Positions 61,042 through 64,000 of a stretch of 64,000 bases of DNA are shown piece after piece. The notes under the pieces are model-generated. The model saw only the letters and a list, made by a program, of their open reading frames with translations. It was not told where the DNA came from and did not search any database. This stretch comes from a bacterium. GTDB lineage: Bacteria > Vulcanimicrobiota > Xenobia > Xenobiales > Xenobiaceae. Position 1 is the stretch's first letter. The number at the start of each line of letters is the position of its first letter. The translations under genes were made by a program, and so were the position numbers. The stretch spans positions 4,573-68,572 of the forward strand of contig JALHDH010000009.1 of NCBI GenBank assembly GCA_022839105.1, read 5' to 3'.

Positions 61042-62540
61042 GGGCAGGCCTCTCCTCTCGTCGACGCGGATTCGGAGAACCGGACCCTCCCCTCCGAATC
61101 CCCTGGAGCCTTCAGGAAGTCCAGAAGGCCCCGGTACAGCCCCCCCGCGGCCTGGTCTGCGTAGCCGTGAAGGCGGGTCCGAGCCTCCAAGGTGGGGTTG
61201 GACAGATAGTTGACCTCGACCAGCACGGCCGGCATCCCAGTCTGACGGATCACATGGAAGGACCTCCACAGGAAGGCATGGCGCGATTCCTGGACGGCCC
61301 GCGCCAGGGGAGCGGCCAGGCTTGCCGCCAGTTCCCGGCTCTGGGGATGGTAATAGTAGATGTCGGTGCCGTGGGCGACCCGCCCCTCGGCCACCGAGGC
61401 CTTGGCGTTGTGATGGATGCTGAGGAAGAGATGAGCCTGGGCCTGCTCGGCCCGCAGGACCCGGGCCTCCAGCTCCTCGGCCGCAGGGACACCGGGTTCA
61501 GCCACCGAGCGGTCCGTCTCGCGGGTCATGGCCACCCGGGCCCCGGCGCGCTCCAGAAGGCGGCGCAGGGCCAGGGCCACTTCCAGGTTCACCTCCGACT
61601 CGCGCCGACCGTCGCGACCGATGGCGCCGGAATCGTCCCCACCGTGGCCGGGGTCCAGGGCCACCACCAGGCCCTCCAGGGGTCGGGTGTCCTGATCGGG
61701 TTGCGGGAGATCGGGCGGAGGCGCCAGGGTCAGCACCAGGTCGGGGGACTGCCAGCGAAGGCGGTATCCCCAGAGCCCGGCCCGACCCAGCCCCAGGATC
61801 ACGCGCACCCCGGATTCGGAGGGTTCCAGTCGCACCAGGGGCACGCGCTGGGGATGAGAAACCTGGCGGACATGTCCGGTCGCCTGGCCGGCGCCAGGAA
61901 GCCAGAGGACCAGGCGCCCCAACTCGGGCTCGGCCTGGACCCGCCAGGCTGCCGGGTCTCCCAGGCGCATGGTCAGACGCGCGCTGCCATCACCGGGTTC
62001 CTCCAGCTCCACGCGTTGGAGGATGGGCCGGGAGGGCGCCACCGGGTGCAGCCGGACCGATTCCAGGTGGACCCAGCCGCCCGCGGGTTCCAATCGCAGC
62101 CATCCGTTGAGCCGGGCCGAGACCAGCGAGCGCAATCCCTCGGGAAGCGGGTCGAGCCGATCGAAAGCCGAATCCGGGCCGCTGCGGCAGGGAGCCTGCT
62201 CGCGGACCACCTCCAGGACCGGCAACTCCCTCTCCAGCAGAAGGACCGGCCCGAGCGGGCAGACCTGCCCCGCCTGCTCCACCTCCAGGGTGCCGGACCG
62301 GTTCGGCAGGACCGCCCCCCGGAAACGACCGGGCTCCCATTCGAAAAGTCCGATTCCGGTCCCGTCGGGCAGTCGCAGGAGGGCCGGCACTCCAGGCATT
62401 CCCTGGACCTCGAGGTGGAGGATCTCTCCGGGCTGGACCCAGATCTCGCCCTGAGGCGAGAGGCACTTGAGTTCGCCGGCCTGAGCCGGGAAGACCCCCC
62501 CCAGGACCCAGAGCAGGAGCACCAGCACCAGACGTCTCAT
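61038..62540 (-). CDS. N-acetylmuramoyl-L-alanine amidase (Amidase_3, AmiC-like) with N-terminal SH3/AMIN-like domains
   Basis: VVALDPGHGGDDSGAIG, E.EVNLEVAL.L..LLE..GA.V..TR..D, FLSIHHNA, and PAVLVEVNYLSNP. Signal peptide MRRLVLVLLLWVLGGVFPAQA from ATG 62540. Confidence 0.9.
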   Translation of the reverse strand: MRRLVLVLLLWVLGGVFPAQAGELKCLSPQGEIWVQPGEILHLEVQGMPGVPALLRLPDGTGIGLFEWEPGRFRGAVLPNRSGTLEVEQAGQVCPLGPVLLLERELPVLEVVREQAPCRSGPDSAFDRLDPLPEGLRSLVSARLNGWLRLEPAGGWVHLESVRLHPVAPSRPILQRVELEEPGDGSARLTMRLGDPAAWRVQAEPELGRLVLWLPGAGQATGHVRQVSHPQRVPLVRLEPSESGVRVILGLGRAGLWGYRLRWQSPDLVLTLAPPPDLPQPDQDTRPLEGLVVALDPGHGGDDSGAIGRDGRRESEVNLEVALALRRLLERAGARVAMTRETDRSVAEPGVPAAEELEARVLRAEQAQAHLFLSIHHNAKASVAEGRVAHGTDIYYYHPQSRELAASLAAPLARAVQESRHAFLWRSFHVIRQTGMPAVLVEVNYLSNPTLEARTRLHGYADQAAGGLYRGLLDFLKAPGDSEGRVRFSESASTRGEACP

Positions 62541-62645
62541 TCCAGGCCCTTCGCCGATCCGCCTTGGGGCCCTCCCCGGAGCCGGCAGCGGGAAGGGCAT
62601 CAAGCCTCGAGCAGATGGCCCAGGAGACTTCCGCCCGCCCCATGG

Positions 62646-62683
62646 TTGAAGGTCCTGGAGGCGGTCGCTTCCAGGACCTTCAA
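62646..62683. terminator. Strong hairpin after pepF (14-bp perfect stem), with no U-tract
   Basis: TTGAAGGTCCTGGA-(10 nt)-TCCAGGACCTTCAA, located 18-55 nt downstream of the pepF stop on the minus strand. Confidence 0.45.
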
Positions 62684-62700
62684 GGGCTCGGCCGGAAGGA

Positions 62701-63999
62701 TCAGCGGCTGGCCGAAGCGGTCTTGTCCAGGATCGCCTCCATCTGATCCATGATGTGGTTCATCTCGCGCATCGCAGCCTGGAAGGGGGCACTGGTGTTC
62801 GTGTCCACCCCGGCCGCCTTGAGCAGGTCCACGGGATCGCGCGACGAGCCGCTGGAGAGCATGTGCAGGTAGGCATCCCGGGCCTTTGTGGAGCCCTGGG
62901 CGGCTTCCTGGCGGATCTCGGCGGCGATCGAGGACGAGGCCATCAGGCTGGTCGCGTACTGGTAGACGTAGAAGTTGTAATAGAAGTGGGGAATGAAGGC
63001 CCACTCGGCGCCATAGAGCTCATCCACGCTGCAGACCCCGGCGTCGTGACCATAATAGCGGCGGGCCAGGTCCAGATAGAGCTTGTTCAGGCTGTCCCCG
63101 GTGAGGGATTCACCCTTCTCGACCAGATCGTGGATGGCCAGTTCGAACTCGGCGAAGAGGGTCTGGCGGAAGAGCGTCGTGCGGAAGGTCTCCAGACGCT
63201 CTCCGAGCAGGTACAGGCGGGTCTCGTCGTCCTTGGCCCGTTCCATCATGTAATGGAAGAGCAGGTCTTCGTTCAGGGTCGAGGCCACCTCGGCCACGAA
63301 GATCGAGTAGTCCGAGGTCGCATAGCGCTGGTTCTTGTTGGACAGATAGGTGTGGATCGAGTGGCCGGACTCGTGGGCCAGGGTCGAGACATCGTCATAC
63401 TGCCCGTTGTAGTTGAGCAACTGGTAGGGATGCACATCGTAGGCCCCGGTGCTGTAGGCGCCCGAGCGCTTTCCCTGGCTGGGCAGCCAGTCCACCCATC
63501 GCTCCTCGTAGGCCTTCTTGAGGGCCGCCTGGTATTCCGACCCCAAGAGATCCGTCGAATCCAGCGTCAGCTTCATGGCCTCTTCGGGGGTGAAGCTCAT
63601 CTCGACCGCCTTGACGGTGGGGGCGTAGAGGTCCTCATAGCCGATGGCATCCAGGCCCATCATCCGCTGGCGCAGGCGCAGGTAGCGGTGCAGGGTCGAG
63701 AGGTTCTCGTTGACGTCCCGGATCAACTGGTGGTAGACGCTGGTCGGGATGTTGTAGGTATCCAGGGCCGCGGCCAGGGAGGACTCGTAGCCCCGAAGGT
63801 CCTTGTTGAGCACATGGGTCTTGACGTGGTTGAAGAGGGCCAGACCCAAGGTGCTGCGGAAGGCCTGCCAGGTCTTGAAGAAGTTCTGGAAGACCTTCAG
63901 GCGATCGGCACGGACCGGCGAGGCGCGGTGCAGGCCATAGGCGGACTGGTCCAGGCGGACCTTGCGACCATCCGAGAGCTCGATCTCGGGAAAGGGCAT
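62701..63999 (-). CDS. pepF: Oligoendopeptidase F (M3B), partial: the N-terminus lies beyond the right edge
   Basis: HESGHSIH (HExxH) followed by FVAEVASTLNE, with a PepF-like C-terminal region. The ORF is open to the window end. Confidence 0.9.
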   Translation of the reverse strand: MPFPEIELSDGRKVRLDQSAYGLHRASPVRADRLKVFQNFFKTWQAFRSTLGLALFNHVKTHVLNKDLRGYESSLAAALDTYNIPTSVYHQLIRDVNENLSTLHRYLRLRQRMMGLDAIGYEDLYAPTVKAVEMSFTPEEAMKLTLDSTDLLGSEYQAALKKAYEERWVDWLPSQGKRSGAYSTGAYDVHPYQLLNYNGQYDDVSTLAHESGHSIHTYLSNKNQRYATSDYSIFVAEVASTLNEDLLFHYMMERAKDDETRLYLLGERLETFRTTLFRQTLFAEFELAIHDLVEKGESLTGDSLNKLYLDLARRYYGHDAGVCSVDELYGAEWAFIPHFYYNFYVYQYATSLMASSSIAAEIRQEAAQGSTKARDAYLHMLSSGSSRDPVDLLKAAGVDTNTSAPFQAAMREMNHIMDQMEAILDKTASASR

Positions 64000-64000
64000 C

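Noticed and set aside
1-64000. Mobile elements, prophage, integrase, tRNA or rRNA genes, CRISPR arrays
   Set aside because: No transposase, integrase or phage-like translation appears in any frame of the ORF track. No intergenic gap has tRNA-like length or structure, and there are no spaced direct repeats. I therefore report none.

Overview
GC-rich (roughly two-thirds G+C by eye) bacterial chromosomal segment. It is densely coding, with about 50 protein genes. I found no rRNA, tRNA, CRISPR array, transposase or integrase. Stop codons are rare, so almost every real gene is shadowed by long antisense or out-of-frame ORFs. I chose frames by family motifs readable in the translation, RBS and start-codon context, G/C-rich third codon positions, and protein-like rather than Arg/Gly/Pro-rich composition. 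Most of the window is housekeeping. One long minus-strand run carries NHL, cca, a TPR Ser/Thr kinase, a SPOR protein, priA, def, fmt, rlmN and an FHA protein. Other housekeeping genes are ddl, metG, gmk-remA, rqcH, feoABC, catalase, a fused speH-speE, a CoA-disulfide-reductase multidomain protein and a Mop-like molybdo-oxidoreductase. The least ordinary part is about 4.2-13.5 kb. It holds a signal-peptide-less S8 protease and a clostripain-fold protein with both catalytic positions apparently substituted, whose C-terminus carries a Gly/Ala-zipper hydrophobic module. It also holds an orphan PilT-type ATPase co-directional with a gene made of two copies of that module, and a 1005-aa orphan translationally coupled to an acylphosphatase. 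A further paralogue of the Gly-zipper protein sits at 31.5-32.7 kb, next to a small acidic ORF. Other oddities are a shrunken, motif-dead primase(AEP)/SF2-helicase-like protein (25.5-26.9 kb), a frameshifted ankyrin gene beside the catalase, and a thioredoxin-fold lipoprotein lacking CxxC that is coupled to rqcH. There are also several perfect TATAAT or extended -10 elements and hairpins in intergenic DNA. All homology statements come from reading motifs by eye; no database search was possible.
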